A stretch of DNA of 64,000 bases. It comes from the human T2T-CHM13v2.0 reference genome, Homo sapiens. The translations under genes and the position numbers were made by a program. A model generated the notes under the pieces. It was not told the origin of the DNA. It did not search any database and saw nothing but the letters and a program-made list of their open reading frames with translations. This document shows positions 28,656-45,969 of the stretch, one piece after another (positions within the stretch are counted from its first letter, which is position 1; each line of letters starts with the position of its first letter). The DNA lies in NCBI RefSeq assembly GCF_009914755.1, contig NC_060930.1; one strand, 5' to 3'.

Positions 28656-29345
28656 CTGTTACACTCTTGGAGGGCTCAATGCATCTGAGTTTTCCAGTCT
28701 CTTCCTCTGCTGACGTCTGTCCTTCCTCAGTGCTATCTAGCTGACTTTAGATGCTGTTCCTCTTCCACACTCCTGTCATTCTCAAGGCTTATTCTTATGT
28801 GTTAATACTACCTCAACTAAATTAAGACATGTGAAAACCACCCCAAAATTAGAATTACTTCTAAATTTAAGAAAAGAGACTTCAAGTAAGGAGTAATCTT
28901 AAGGCTCAAATGCTTAAAATCCAGTGTTTGTCATCCTAGGCATCCAGTAAGTGCTGTCACTAAAGATAACTATAATCCCATTTGCTTTTTTACATGCAGA
29001 GTTAACATTATATTCAACAAAATATCCAAAGTCTGTATATTTGACAGAGAAAAATCTTGGCGTATTCACATTCCATATGGTTAGGGGGAATCTATTGCAC
29101 CATTCTTCCCTGGCCCTCTCAAACTGTCAGACACCCAGTTCATACTGCAGATGGCAACATCAAATTGGCACCTAAGATAAGTCATTATAAACATATGCAC
29201 AAATATTTTTCAAATTAAGTATTTTATTTCAAAAGAGCTCATGATAGGCTAAAAGTGAAAATGAGCATATAAAATTAACAACAAAAAAACCCCAGAAACA
29301 TTAGCAGCATCAATAAACAATTATATAGCCCATTCTGCACAATTA

Positions 29346-29633
<288 letters not shown>

Positions 29634-30157
29634 TTATTAAAACTTGGATGTAATTTTAGCTCCTTGTTGACAAACATGGCAGGAATACAAGCATATCTTA
29701 CAATTTAATTAGTCTTCAAGAGATTGAAAATAATCTAATCTTCAAGAAATTTTCGCAATGAAATAAGGAAGGCACAATGAATGAAGAATCAGAAAACCAA
29801 GAACCCATGTGACTTGAGACTCTGCCATAACCTTGTTATGACCTGAGATTTGTCAGATGTCACTATGCTGAAGATCTTTATTATGGTAATTTTCTAATTT
29901 CCTAATGGGTAGGAAAATTCAAATAAATAAGAACTTTTAAAAGGACGAGAGTTCATGCCAAAAAAAAAAAAATTACGCAAATTGTTCATTTGTTTGGTTG
30001 TTCATTCATTTAATCTTCATTGAATGCCCACTACCACATCCGACTCCATTTTATGCTTTGGGAGTATTCTGCTCCCAATTCTTACAGCAAGATTATCATC
30101 AATATACAAGTAAGATCATTTGGCTGGTAATAAGAGCTGTGAATAAAACAAAACAGA

Positions 30158-30450
30158 GGCTGGGCACGGTAGCTCATGCCTATAATCCCAGCACTTTAGG
30201 AGGCCAAGGTGGGAGGACTGCCTGAGCCCAGGAGTTCGAGAGCAGCTTGGGTAACATAGCGAGACCCCATCTCTAGAAAAAATTTAAAAATTAGCCAGGC
30301 AACTACTTGGGAGGTTAAGGCAGGAGGATCACTTGAGCCAAGGAGGTCAAGCCTGCAGCAAGTCATGGCACCACTACACTCCAGCCTGGGTGACAGAGCA
30401 ACACCCTGTCTCAAAAAAAAAAAAAAAAAACTAAATTAAAAAATAAAAAA
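30158..30450 (+). mobile_element. Alu (J-like)
   Basis: Dimer with internal deletion and A-tail. Confidence 0.9.
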
Positions 30451-31006
30451 TAGGGAAATGTAATAGTGATTAGGGACAGAAGCACTTTAGATATGATCAG
30501 AAAAAAAGCCTCTTTAAGGAAGCAACATCCTCTTTAAGAAAATGACAAGGGGTCAGTTTTAGTGTAAACATCTGGGGCTGCATCAGGAAGGAGCTTGGCA
30601 TGTGTGAGAAACGGAAAAAAGAAAGCAACTGCAGCTGGAGTGCAGTGGGCAAACATGGGGCATAGGAGAGGAGCTCAGCGAGAGAAGTGAGGGCTGGCTC
30701 CTGGAGGGGCCTACGGACACAGCAAGGGCTCTAGAACTGATTCAAGCACAACGGAAACCCACAGAAGAGTCTGAAGCAGGAGAATGGCCTGATCTGACTT
30801 CTGGTCACTATCTGCAGAATAAATAAGGAGGCAAGAATGAAAACAGATCACTGAGGAGGCTGCTGCGGAAGTCTAAGCTAGATAAGAATGGGCTTAGCCT
30901 GGGGAGTTGGCAGTGGAGGTCAAGAGGTCCACAGAATTGAGCTATGTGCTGATGGGAACGGTGGGAGATAGAATGGAAAATAAAGATGAAGGATGATTCC
31001 TAGATA

Positions 31007-31297
31007 TTTGTTTTTGTTTTTTTGAGACGGAGTCTCGCTTTGTCACCAAGGCTGGAGTATAGTGGCTCACTGCAACCTCCGCCTCCCGGGCTCAAACAAT
31101 TAATTCTCCTGCCTCAGCCTCCTAGTAGCTGGGATTACAGGTGTGCGCCATCATGTCAGGGTAATTTTTGTATTTTTAGTAGAGACTGGGTTTCACCATG
31201 TTGGCCAGGCTGGTCTCGAACTCCTGACCTCGAGTGATCTGCCCACCTCAGCCTCTCAAAGTGCTGTGTTTACTGGTGTGAGCCACCGCACCTGGCC
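31007..31297 (-). mobile_element. Alu (S-like)
   Basis: Antisense Alu with TSD-like tgattcctagat on both sides. Confidence 0.93.
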
Positions 31298-31759
31298 TGA
31301 TTCCTAGATCTTAAGCAACCGGGTGATCGTGTTGCCATTTGCTAATATGCAAAAGACGTGGGAAAGAACAGGTTTTCAAGGTGGCGGAAAAGAACAGGTA
31401 GGAAGGAAAAGTCCTGTTTTGGACCTGTGAAACGAGATACCTGTGAGACAGGCAAATAAAGATGTCAAGTAGGCATTTCAGTATGTGCATCTGGGCTCAA
31501 GAGGAGAGGTCAGGGCTAGAAAAATAAACGTTTGAGTCATAAGCATACAGCTGGTATTTAGAGTCATAGGACTAGGTGAGCTCACCAAAGGAAACAGCAT
31601 GGACAGAGAAGAGAGGGGGCTGAGGTCTGAACCAGGTATTTCAACATTTAAAGACCAGGCCCAGGGGGAAGAGTTTAAGGAATAAGAAGGAATAGCTGAT
31701 GAGGTCAGAGGAAACCTGGGGGTATGCTTTCCCAGAAACCAAGTAAAGAAAGTGCTCCA

Positions 31760-32107
<348 letters not shown>

Positions 32108-33637
32108 CTAAGACGAGCAATGCTAAGAGACCAGTGGATTTAGCCACATGGAGTCACTGGTGAAGCAGTTTTCAATGGAGTTTTCATGGGTAGAAGGCAG
32201 CAGCGATAGACAGAAACAAATTATAGACGACTTCAAGAATTCATATCAGAAAGGGGAGCAGAACAACAGAACAACGGCTGAGAGTACATGTGTTTTGAAG
32301 GTGGGAAGTACTCAGGTGTGAGGAGAAGGATGAAGTATAGAAGGAAGACTCAGTGATGCAGAAGGGCTCATTTTAAGTGAAATCCTTGTGAAGAGGAAAG
32401 AGAAGGGAAACCAGTAACCAAAGGAAGAGCCTGGCCATGAATGATGACACTTGGCTCCCAACAGCAAGATGGAAGGCAGAGAATCTGCACGGGGAATCTG
32501 TAGGTGTAAAGAGGTGAGAGAGCTCATCTGATTCCTCAGCAACGTACAAAACAAAGTTAGCTGTAGAGGCAACTCAGGAGAGAATAGGGGGACAGGAGGC
32601 AGAGGCTACTGGCCTTTTAGTTGTTTTTCCAGTGATGGTAACAGTCACAGAGTTGCCACTTGATACTAAGCCCGACAACACAAGTACAAGATCTAGTTGG
32701 GACCAAGCATGCACCTACAGCCATGAGATTCTTCTCAACAAGCTGCCTCATGCTCTTCCTGTGGTTACTGGTTTCCCTTCTCTTTCCTCTTCACAAGGAT
32801 TTCACTTAAAATGAGCCCTTCTGCATCGTTGCAAGGATCAAACTCACAACCTCATTAAAAACAGAACTGACTTATCTGTCCCAGGACTATCATACAGAAA
32901 ATATATCTATTTTCTCACCGAAAACCTCACTGAGGGATTTCCAAGTAAGCATGGCAAATCCCTTGTGAAATCCTACTAAAATGACAGTAAAGAAATGAAA
33001 AAGATCTATATATCCACAAGGACAAAGAGATTAGAAGGGGAGACAGGAGATAAGAATTGCAACCAGATGCCGGAAGCTGGAAAGCTGATGAAAGTGAGAG
33101 CATGGGGCGTGGGCGCCCTGCTGAACACAGGGCGTGTGCTAAATAAGACACTTCTCTCTTGCTCCTCTTTCCCCACTCAGCTCTCCAATGACCTGACTTG
33201 CACCCGCTGTGTAATCCCCATCCCTCCTGACCACAAGGGAGAATGAAGAACTTTCTAAGGAAAATCCTGTAGCCCAAAAGAAAAGACATACAGCTCTGGG
33301 GTGTGGCCAACAAAATGGTCCTCTCCCTAATCACTAAACTGTGAAGCTCCCAAGTTGATAAGCCCACCTCACACAAAGAACATGCGATCAGCTTTTCCTT
33401 GCCTCATTTTAAATAAGAATCACCAGATGCTTACCCAAGGCTACAAAACTAAAGATAGAGATCAAAGCTAAAAGGAAAAAAGAAACTCACAAAAAATACA
33501 GTAATTCAAGAACAGAGGAAACTTAAAACAAACCTACACTTTTAATACTGTCAGTGGGATAAGACCAACAAAACCAAAAAGATTTTAACAAGAAGCATTT
33601 GAAGAAAAAGAAACAGCTCTTAAAAATTAAAAATGTG

Positions 33638-33940
<303 letters not shown>

Positions 33941-34134
33941 AAGAACATTTTTGGACATGCAAAGTAGTAAACTAATCTACCCTTTATGTTTCTCAGGAAG
34001 CTATAGGAAGATATGACATTTAGGAAATCAGTGATGCAGCATAGAAAAAAGGGGGCAAGAATGCTCAAGAGGTAAGCGAAGGAAATCCTTCAGGCACAGA
34101 GGGATCCTTGAGGAGAATCACCAAGAACTAAATG

Positions 34135-34785
34135 GAGGGTCATCCAAAAATTAGAAATAGAACTACCCTATGATCCAGCAATCCCACTTCTGGGTACTTA
34201 TCCAAAAGAAGTGAAATCAGCATCTCAAAGAGATATCTGCACACCCACATTCATTGCAGTGCTATTTACAATAGACAAGACATGGAAGCAAACTAAATGT
34301 CTATCAACAGATGAATGGATTAAGAAATGGGATATATACATACAATATACAGCATGCTAAGTGAAATAAGCCAGTCACAAAAAGATAAATGCTGCATGAT
34401 TCACTTATATGAGGCATCTAAAGTAATCAAACTGGGCCAGACACAGTGGCTCTTGCCTGTAATCCCAGTACTTTGAGAGACCGAGGCAGGAGGATCACTT
34501 GAGCCGAGTTCAAGACCAGCCTGGGCAACACAGTGAAATCCTGTCTCTATTTTTTTTAATAAGATAAAATAAAAAATAAAGTAATCAAACTATAGAAGTA
34601 GAAAGAAGAATGGCAGTTGCCAGGGGATGAGGGGAGAGGGAAATGATTACTGTTCAGTGAGTATAAAATTTCAGTTATGCAAGATGAAAAAGCTCTAGAG
34701 ATCTGTTGTACAACATTGTGCTTAACGATACTGTATTATACACATAAAAATTTGTTAACAGAATAGAGCTCATTATGTTTTTTCA

Positions 34786-34790
<5 letters not shown>
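34135..34790 (+). mobile_element. Old L1 (L1MA/MB-like) 3' fragment with an Alu monomer at about 34435-34580
   Basis: aaatagaactaccctatgatccagcaatcccacttctgggt...acagatgaatggat. Confidence 0.85.
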
Positions 34791-34818
<28 letters not shown>

Positions 34819-34892
34819 GAACTCAGAGAGGCAATTATTAACTCTAAAAAAATTATTCAACAAATAAAATGTAGTCAAAATATATGAAATGG

Positions 34893-35160
34893 GGCCAGGC
34901 ACAGTGGCTCACACCTGTAATCCCAGCGCTTTGGGAGGCCAACATGGGCAGATCGCTTGAGCTCAGGAGTTAGAGACCAGCCTGGGCAACATGGCGAAAC
35001 CCCATCTCTACAAAAAAATACAAAAATTAGCCAGGCATGGTGGCACATGCCTATAGTCCCAGCTACTAAGGAAGCTGAGGTGGGAGGATCACTTGAGCCC
35101 AGGAGGTCGAGGCTGCAGTGAGCTGTAATTTCAACACTGCCCTACAGCCTGGGTTACAAT
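34893..35160 (+). mobile_element. Alu (J-like)
   Basis: Dimer with tail lost. Confidence 0.9.
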
Positions 35161-35557
35161 ATGAGAAATGGCTTACTGTGGATGTTCACTGTTATAATAA
35201 GGATATTAATTCTGAATACTCATTTAACTAAAGATTGTGGTTTAACTATTTCAGGAAGACGTGGCAAGATGTGTGTGTGTGTCCTGGGTAGAGTATCTAA
35301 GAAAATATATTCCTAATATCCTACAATTGGAAGTCAACATAATTAAAATATCAAGAAATAGCAAATAAGTATGTTGTTTCAAAAATATGGTGATAAGAGA
35401 CTAGAAGAAGAAATAGTCAAAAATAATTGAATGTCATTATCTCTAGGAGAGGTATTCAGGGGTGAAGAAGAATAAGAAAAAAGACATATATGTTAATTTT
35501 CATAAACATAATAATTTTTCTAAACATAAAATTGACAAAATTTCAGTTCACTTTTCA

Positions 35558-35944
<387 letters not shown>

Positions 35945-36355
35945 TTATTACAAAATCATGCACAATTATCTCTAACGTAATATATATTAATAACACTAAT
36001 TAGAACCAAAACAGGAGCAATTTCTGTAATGCTAGTAGCGATATGGTAGCAAGGAAAGAGTGTCAATCCCATCTGCTTAGTAATTTAAGAGTCAAGTCAA
36101 ATTGTGAATTCATTTTTAATCCAGTTAGGAATTTTCAGTGTAGGTCCAAGAGCAGAGCGGGGAGGAGAATGCATCTTAAACAAACAAAAAAAAGAGTTTT
36201 TTCAGTAATTCACATACACTCTGAACTTCATCCTCTATTTTAAAAAAGCTAAAACAGAAATCAACAACTTGTAGTTAGAAACACAAATTGATGTATTCAC
36301 TGTATAATGACATTGGAGAAATAAGCATATTATTTTCTAAGCAAAGCTTAAGATG

Positions 36356-36657
36356 GGTACTGAGTATTTAACTTTTCCACTTTAAGATTTGCTCATAAAG
36401 GACTGTGGGTAAACACGATTGCTTAAGAAAACTGTGTATAGTTATATATCATTTTATTTATTATGTATAAATATAAGTTATTGTATATTATATAATGTGT
36501 TTATATGTAAATGTTATAAATATACACTGTATAAATATCTTAAATTATATGTGTATTTATGCATTTGTATATATACATATGTATTAAAAAATTTTTAGCA
36601 ATTATATTTACACACAGCCCTTTACAGCCAAATCTGTTGTGAAAAGCATTCAGTACC
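36356..36657. repeat. Imperfect inverted repeat (arms about 70 bp) around an AT-rich core; MITE-like
   Basis: taaaggactgtgggtaaa vs reverse complement taaagggctgtgtgtaaa; termini ggtactga and tcagtacc. Confidence 0.7.
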
Positions 36658-36917
36658 TAGATTGCTTTACATTTTATACACGCATACATACATGTTGTGT
36701 GTATGTGTGTGCATAAGTTTAAAGCAAGTTGTATCTCTATAAATTTATAAAACAATCATCTGGAAAACATGACTCACCTCAACTTGGTGGAAGTGTAGCA
36801 GCAATAACTAAAAACTATAAACATATGATGCCTCAAACCTATATCCTCTTTCAAACCAATGCATTCTTCCTCTTTAATATCCAATGCTTTCATGAAGAGT
36901 TAGAAAAGCTTACTGAG

Positions 36918-37240
<323 letters not shown>

Positions 37241-37546
37241 TTAATACAAAAATACAATCTTCTAGTATAGTAAAGCTAGTTCTTCTTTAAATCAAAGCCA
37301 TCCCCTCACTACAAATGTGTCTTAATTTATCCTGAATAAACATCAGATATAATAATTTTGTATATTCAACATCCTTTTATGTACATTTAATGTTTTCATG
37401 GTACTTATTCAGAATTGTACTCACTTAAATACTAGATGTTCCTGTATGCTACTATACGTACTATATTCAGTACAGTATCATGCTGTACAGGTTGGTATAG
37501 GCTATACCATGAGTATCATCTAACTGAAACAAAAATCCTACTGTTA

Positions 37547-37849
<303 letters not shown>

Positions 37850-37904
37850 TTACACTCCTACGTGAAAATCAAAAGACAATAAAACAAAATAAAAGCTACT
37901 CTCA

Positions 37905-38219
<315 letters not shown>

Positions 38220-38967
38220 ACTCTCTATCCCCCATGATTGTTTCTAGAGTCACCACTGAGGACAAGGAAAATATCTTATTTAGCTTTGTATTCCCAATAT
38301 AAACAGAACATAGCCTCCAATGGAGGACCAGTCAGTGACCAGGGAATGAACAAAACAAACTTTGCTTTTAGATTATAAAACCAAAATAATTACCTGCAAT
38401 TGTTCTACTTATTAACTTTAAACGCAGGTAAGTTAATTTATTTAGAAGTTCTATATAAGTTAATAAAGAGCCTTACATTCAGGATTATGTTAGGGTGAAA
38501 TGTATGTTATTTTAACTATTTGAAAATTGGTGCCAGTTTGATACATAATAAAATCAGCCGGAATACTTAAATAATTGACACTTAATGTGCTTAGAGCCTG
38601 TATCTGAATATACTAACATATAAAGTAATACTCCCTAGGAGTAACACATCCAAATTTTGAAATACATTTAACATCATTGCCTGGTGCACAGTAAACAGTA
38701 TATAAGTTTTGGCTAAAAACATGATTCTAATATCCCTTTAATAACCACTCCCTCCTAGGCCTGGTGTTAGGTTTAAATGTGCACTAAAAAAAAAACAACT
38801 GGCTAAAAAAATGAAAAGCAGCCAGTCTTCTTTATTAAGAAGATACAGTAGGGCACAGCACAGTTTGAAGATAAACAAAACAAAAAAGCTCAATCAATCT
38901 TAACAAGCTTCGACACATGCAAGAATTCAGTTTATAGCCCACTTCCCAAGATAAGCATATAAAATTA

Positions 38968-39081
<114 letters not shown>

Positions 39082-39370
39082 CTAAAGTAAAAAAAGAAAA
39101 AAATAGTCAGAGCTCTGCAGGGAGTCAGGAGAAGACACATGCCCCATGGTATTAAATTAGTTAACAATCCAAAAGAAAGAAAAATAAAAAGAATATTCAA
39201 TAGAAAAACATGTACCTGTTAGCACGAAAGAACACTGGGGAAAATGTTATGCTGAAGTCTAAGCACTAAGCAATATTCTCTCCCCTGGTTAATTTCATCT
39301 ATCACAAAATGCAAAATAAAATTAAGCTCTTCAGTTATTGTTCACACTTGCCCATCTGTGAATGTCATTA

Positions 39371-40696
<1,326 letters not shown>

Positions 40697-40857
40697 TATT
40701 TAAATAAACAAAAACACAAAAACATATATGAAATGGCTTGTTCCCAAGGGTAAACTACAGGTTTTTGGCTTGCAGGAAATGTTTCTTCCTTTGTTGTTCT
40801 ACCCCATACCTGTAAGAGTACCTAGGATTATTTTGTACTTGGTACTTAAACAATTTA

Positions 40858-40977
<120 letters not shown>

Positions 40978-42399
40978 CTATTTTAAACATAAAGTATGAA
41001 TTAAAATGCACTCTGATTAAGCATATTTATATAAGTATGAAAAAAGGAGATGTAAAAAAGACAAAAAAGACGCAGTGGCATTTTTTTTTTAATACAGGGA
41101 GTCCTGTAAAATAACATTTATTTTTAAAAAGAAATATAGAATGGCAGAGCCTTTCTTCAAAGAATAGAACTTTGTGAGTATTTGTCTTAAAAAGAGATGG
41201 TAGTAAACATATATACATTCCAGGAAGATCTTTTAAAAAGCACAATTCATTTTGTTCTATTTCTGATAATGTCCAATACCTTGGGAGAAACTTTGTTCAA
41301 AAAAATTGCATCCCCTCCCCCAGCTACAAATCCCATCTTTTTGGCCCAACCAAAAATAGACAATTTCAAATTATCAAGCAACGACGTAATATGGAGTATA
41401 CTTATGTAATTTCCTTTAAAGGAGAAATAAAAAAGGGAATAAATAAATCAGGTCCTAGACAATTCAGAGTTATTTACATAAAGTGAAATATATCTGCTGG
41501 CAGTCAGCTCTTGAAAAGGCATTAGAAGTAATAATGTGCTACTATAGCTCAAATAATACTTCATCCTTTAGTGTGGGCTTCCCAAATTAGTGTAAACCAT
41601 TGCCACAGGAACCACTCTCCCCCACCAGCCAAAAGATGTGATATAATAAATTGGACATTTTTCCTAAGATCCCAACTGATATAGGTAGCCACCTATTAGC
41701 ATCCTCATTAAAACAACCAATAAACCGCCGGTCTCAGCTGTTAAACAACAGCAACAACTAACAACAGCAGGCTAAATAAACTGTGGGTTGTGCACCTGCG
41801 TTTTGATTGTGACCCATCATGTGAGGTCAGGTGTAAAATTTTCCCATTGTGGTGTCATGCTGGCACTCAAGACATTTGGGATTTTGGAGCATTTCAGATT
41901 TCAGGTTTTGAGTGATGCTCAACCGATAATATTTTTAAATTGCTAAGATTATTTTACATTTTTTTCACACTCAGTCTTCAAAATCCCTTATATAGGTTAC
42001 ACCTATAGAAGATCTCAATTCAGATATTTTGAGTACTTAAAAGTGACATGTGGCCAGTGGCTATCATACTGGATTGCACAGCCTAGAGGATATAGATCCC
42101 AGACCTATTACTAGTAGAATATTTGGAGGATTGAGCATTTATATTTAAAGTGTTCTACAGACCATTCATCTGCGTACCCCTGCTAAGAACAACAGGCATA
42201 GAGGCTTTGCTACCATGACGGCTACCTATGACATATACAGTCACCCAAGAGTTGGGTTAGTTCTTAGTTAATTTAAATGATACCTTCCTATCTTGCTCGG
42301 CAGTTTCCATCCTAATAAACTCTTGTCCTTCCTCTCATTCCTTCATTGCCCCTGGCCATCTTCACCATTTTCGTTGTTGTTGTTGTTTGCTTTTTGAGG

Positions 42400-42689
42400 T
42401 TTTTTTTTTGAGATGGGGTCTCACTCTGTCACCCAGGCTGGAGTGCAGGGCATGATCAGGGTTCACTGCAACCTCCACCTCCCAGGCTCAAGCAATCCTC
42501 CTACCTCAGCCTCTGGAGTAGCTGGGACCACAGGTGCACACAACCATGCCTGGTTAATTTTTATATTTTTTATAGAGACGAGGTTTCATCATGTTGCCCA
42601 AGCTGGTCTTGAAAACCTGAGCTCAAGTGATATGCCTGCCTCAGCCTCCCACAGTGTTGGGATTACAGGGGCGACCCACCACATCTGGC
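42400..42689 (-). mobile_element. Alu (J-like)
   Basis: Antisense Alu. Confidence 0.92.
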
Positions 42690-43162
42690 CATCTTCACCA
42701 TTCTTATTATTTCATCTTCCCTCTATTCCTGGTCTAGTACCCACATTTTGACTTTACTAATTTTCCTACCAAGCATGGATTTTCTGGTTAATTATTTCAG
42801 TAATATGTTCAATGCCACTCAAAAATGGTTCATTCTTTTGATATTATGTGCTCCCACACTGCTAATGAATACACTACTGTAATTACTCTTAGCTAGGAAA
42901 AAAAAATCACAAAACGACAATATTTAGAAAAACTACAATTCCATGATGACTTCAGCTGGGTTCTCACAGGTATTCTGAAATCCCTTCATAACATGTTACA
43001 TTCTATACCACATTGCCCAGAGCAGTCTCCAATCTCTGAAATCCCTTCTCAAATCCCACCACTTCATTACCTGCAAGTGACCTTGTCTCTGCTCTTACTG
43101 AGAAAACCGAGAACTTCAACTTGACATACCTCAACTTCACTTCTCTTACTTAGCTCCATTCA

Positions 43163-43471
<309 letters not shown>

Positions 43472-44398
43472 TCTCTTTTCACTCTCTCTCACTTTCATTC
43501 TGTTCTTTAAGGCAGGACAGTCTCTCTCCTTTCCAAGACTTATTTAATTAGATCCCTTGCCCAACTACCTTCTCAAAGGCGGTGCTCAATCCTCTCTCAT
43601 GTGGATCTTAAATTTCTTCCTGTCTGTTTCTTCCAGAGTGATGACAAATATGCTGAAGTTACTTCTAACTTTAAAAGAAAAAGAAAAATTCCATCCTGCG
43701 GCCCCTTCAGGCTGATGGCCTCTCTCAATTTCTTTTCACAAGCAAACTTTTCAAAAGAAGGTTGCTGATCCCACCTCCCTTCCTGATATTCTTCAAACTA
43801 CTCCAACACAGTCCCATTCTCCACTTACAGAAATTCTTAAGGTCACCAATAACCTAATAGTGATAAACAAATGTTCAGCTGTTATCTTCAGTCTCTCGAT
43901 TACTGATATTTAGAATGTTTCAATCACATCTAATGACATTTGCCATTATCGAAGTCCATGGCTTTAAATATCAAAACAAAGCAGATAACTCCCAAAACTG
44001 AATCTTTTTCTTTCCTACATACTAAAACCATATATATATCCAATTGTCTGAAGGATATTTCTACTTATATGTTCTAACATCACCTCTGACTCACCTCATC
44101 TCCATATTCAAACTAGTTTCTCATACTAAGATGCCCATTTATAATAATGGTACTATGATTCTTCAACTTACTTTTGCTTTAAAAAAATCTTAAATTATCC
44201 TTGACTACTTTCTTCTAATTCACCCCACCCGTCTTCCTTACAATCTCATATTACAGTTATCTTTATTGTTTCTTATTCCTCATATTTTAAGCATTATGAA
44301 TACAACCATGTATTACTCCTCTGTATTACCTGCAGAAACAAGCATATTGTCTTAGATACAGCAGATTTTCAACAAGTAGATAAAATTTGATTTGCTTA

Positions 44399-44754
44399 TG
44401 ATATGGTTTGGCTGTGTCCCCACCCAAATCTCACCTTGAATTGTAATTATCCTCACGTGTCAAGGGTGGGGCCAGGTGAAGATAACTGAATCATGGGGGC
44501 AGCTTCTCCCATACTATGCTCGTGGTAGTGAATAAGTCTCATGAGATGTGATGGTTTTATAAACAGGAGTTCCCCTGCACAAGCTCTCTTGCCTGCCACC
44601 ATGTAAGATGTGACTTTGCTACTCATTTGCCTTCAGCAATGATTGTGAGGCCTCCCCAGCCATGTGGAACTGTGAGTCAATTAAACCTCTTTCCTTTATA
44701 AATTACCCAGTCTCCGGTATGTCTTTATTAGCAGCATGAGAACAGACTAATACA
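44399..44754 (+). mobile_element. THE1-like solo LTR
   Basis: tgatatggtttggctgtgtcccc...actaataca with TSD gctta. Confidence 0.93.
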
Positions 44755-45063
44755 GCTTATAATTCTCAGGCCTAAATCATCCTCTTTCCATTAGATTTAT
44801 TCTGGATTTATTGAGCTTTAAATATTGAACTTGTTTATAAATTACCTTGAATAGAAGTTTTAATGTATCTGTGCAATAAATGTAATTCTGTGAAGCTCAT
44901 GTCTATATTTTGCTTCCTTTGTATCTTCTGTTGGCATTTGTCCTATCAGGTAAATATGTTCTCAATAATCTTATCCCTCTTCTAACTCAAATCATCAAAG
45001 CTATACTATTACAAACTCACCTTTGTTCCAACTAAAAAGAAGCAACAACTTTGCCTTAAATCA

Positions 45064-45243
<180 letters not shown>

Positions 45244-45694
45244 TTATCAGTTTCTTGGTGCCTTTGGGGAAAATTTTAGAAAATGTTACTCTTGACAAAT
45301 AAATGCCAAATTGTACTACATAACCTGGAAAAGTCCTCTTGATACACGACACAGTCAACTAATTTCTCCTAGCCAGCATTCTTTTAAGTCAGAGAAAAAG
45401 AAAGGAAGGGGAAGTCTGGGGGAAAGAGAGGGTTGTAAAGGAAATTTCAATTAATTGGTTAGATTACATTAAAACCTCGTAGGATGTTTGAGCCTAGTTA
45501 ATAGAGACCAATCAACAAACTGGACATCTACTTAGTAGGCAAGGCTTCAAGTTACATGCCACAGCGAAGCTCGCTCTTTCCTGAAAGCTTTGGGCTGAGA
45601 CTCTTAGCAGATGGGTGAGTTTAGCCAACCCTTGAAAGCAGGCAAGGGACGACTCAGTTTTTAAAAAAATAAACAGTAGCTCTTCTCACACACA

Positions 45695-45916
45695 TATCCT
45701 CACGTGTCAAGGGTGGGGCCAGGTGAAGATAACTGAATCATGGGGGCAGCTTCCCCCATACTATGCTCGTGGTAGTGAATAAGTCTCATGAGATGTGATG
45801 GTTTTATCAACAGGAGTTCCCCTGCACAAGCCCTCTTGCCTGCCACCATGTAAAATGTGACTTTGCTACTCATTTGCCTTCAGCAATGATTGTGAGGCCT
45901 CCCCAGCCATGTGGAA
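45695..45916 (+). repeat. 222-bp near-identical copy of the internal LTR segment 44448-44669
   Basis: Direct comparison: 4 mismatches in 222 bp; no LTR termini. Confidence 0.93.
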
Positions 45917-45969
45917 TGCCCATCCCTCCTCACTCTTTTAAAATGAGAAGCATGAATTCCAGATACGGG

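Noticed and set aside
32927-33376. 149-aa intronic ORF as an extra MTFR2 exon
   Set aside because: The 385-aa frame is complete without it, and the region looks like decayed old repeat sequence
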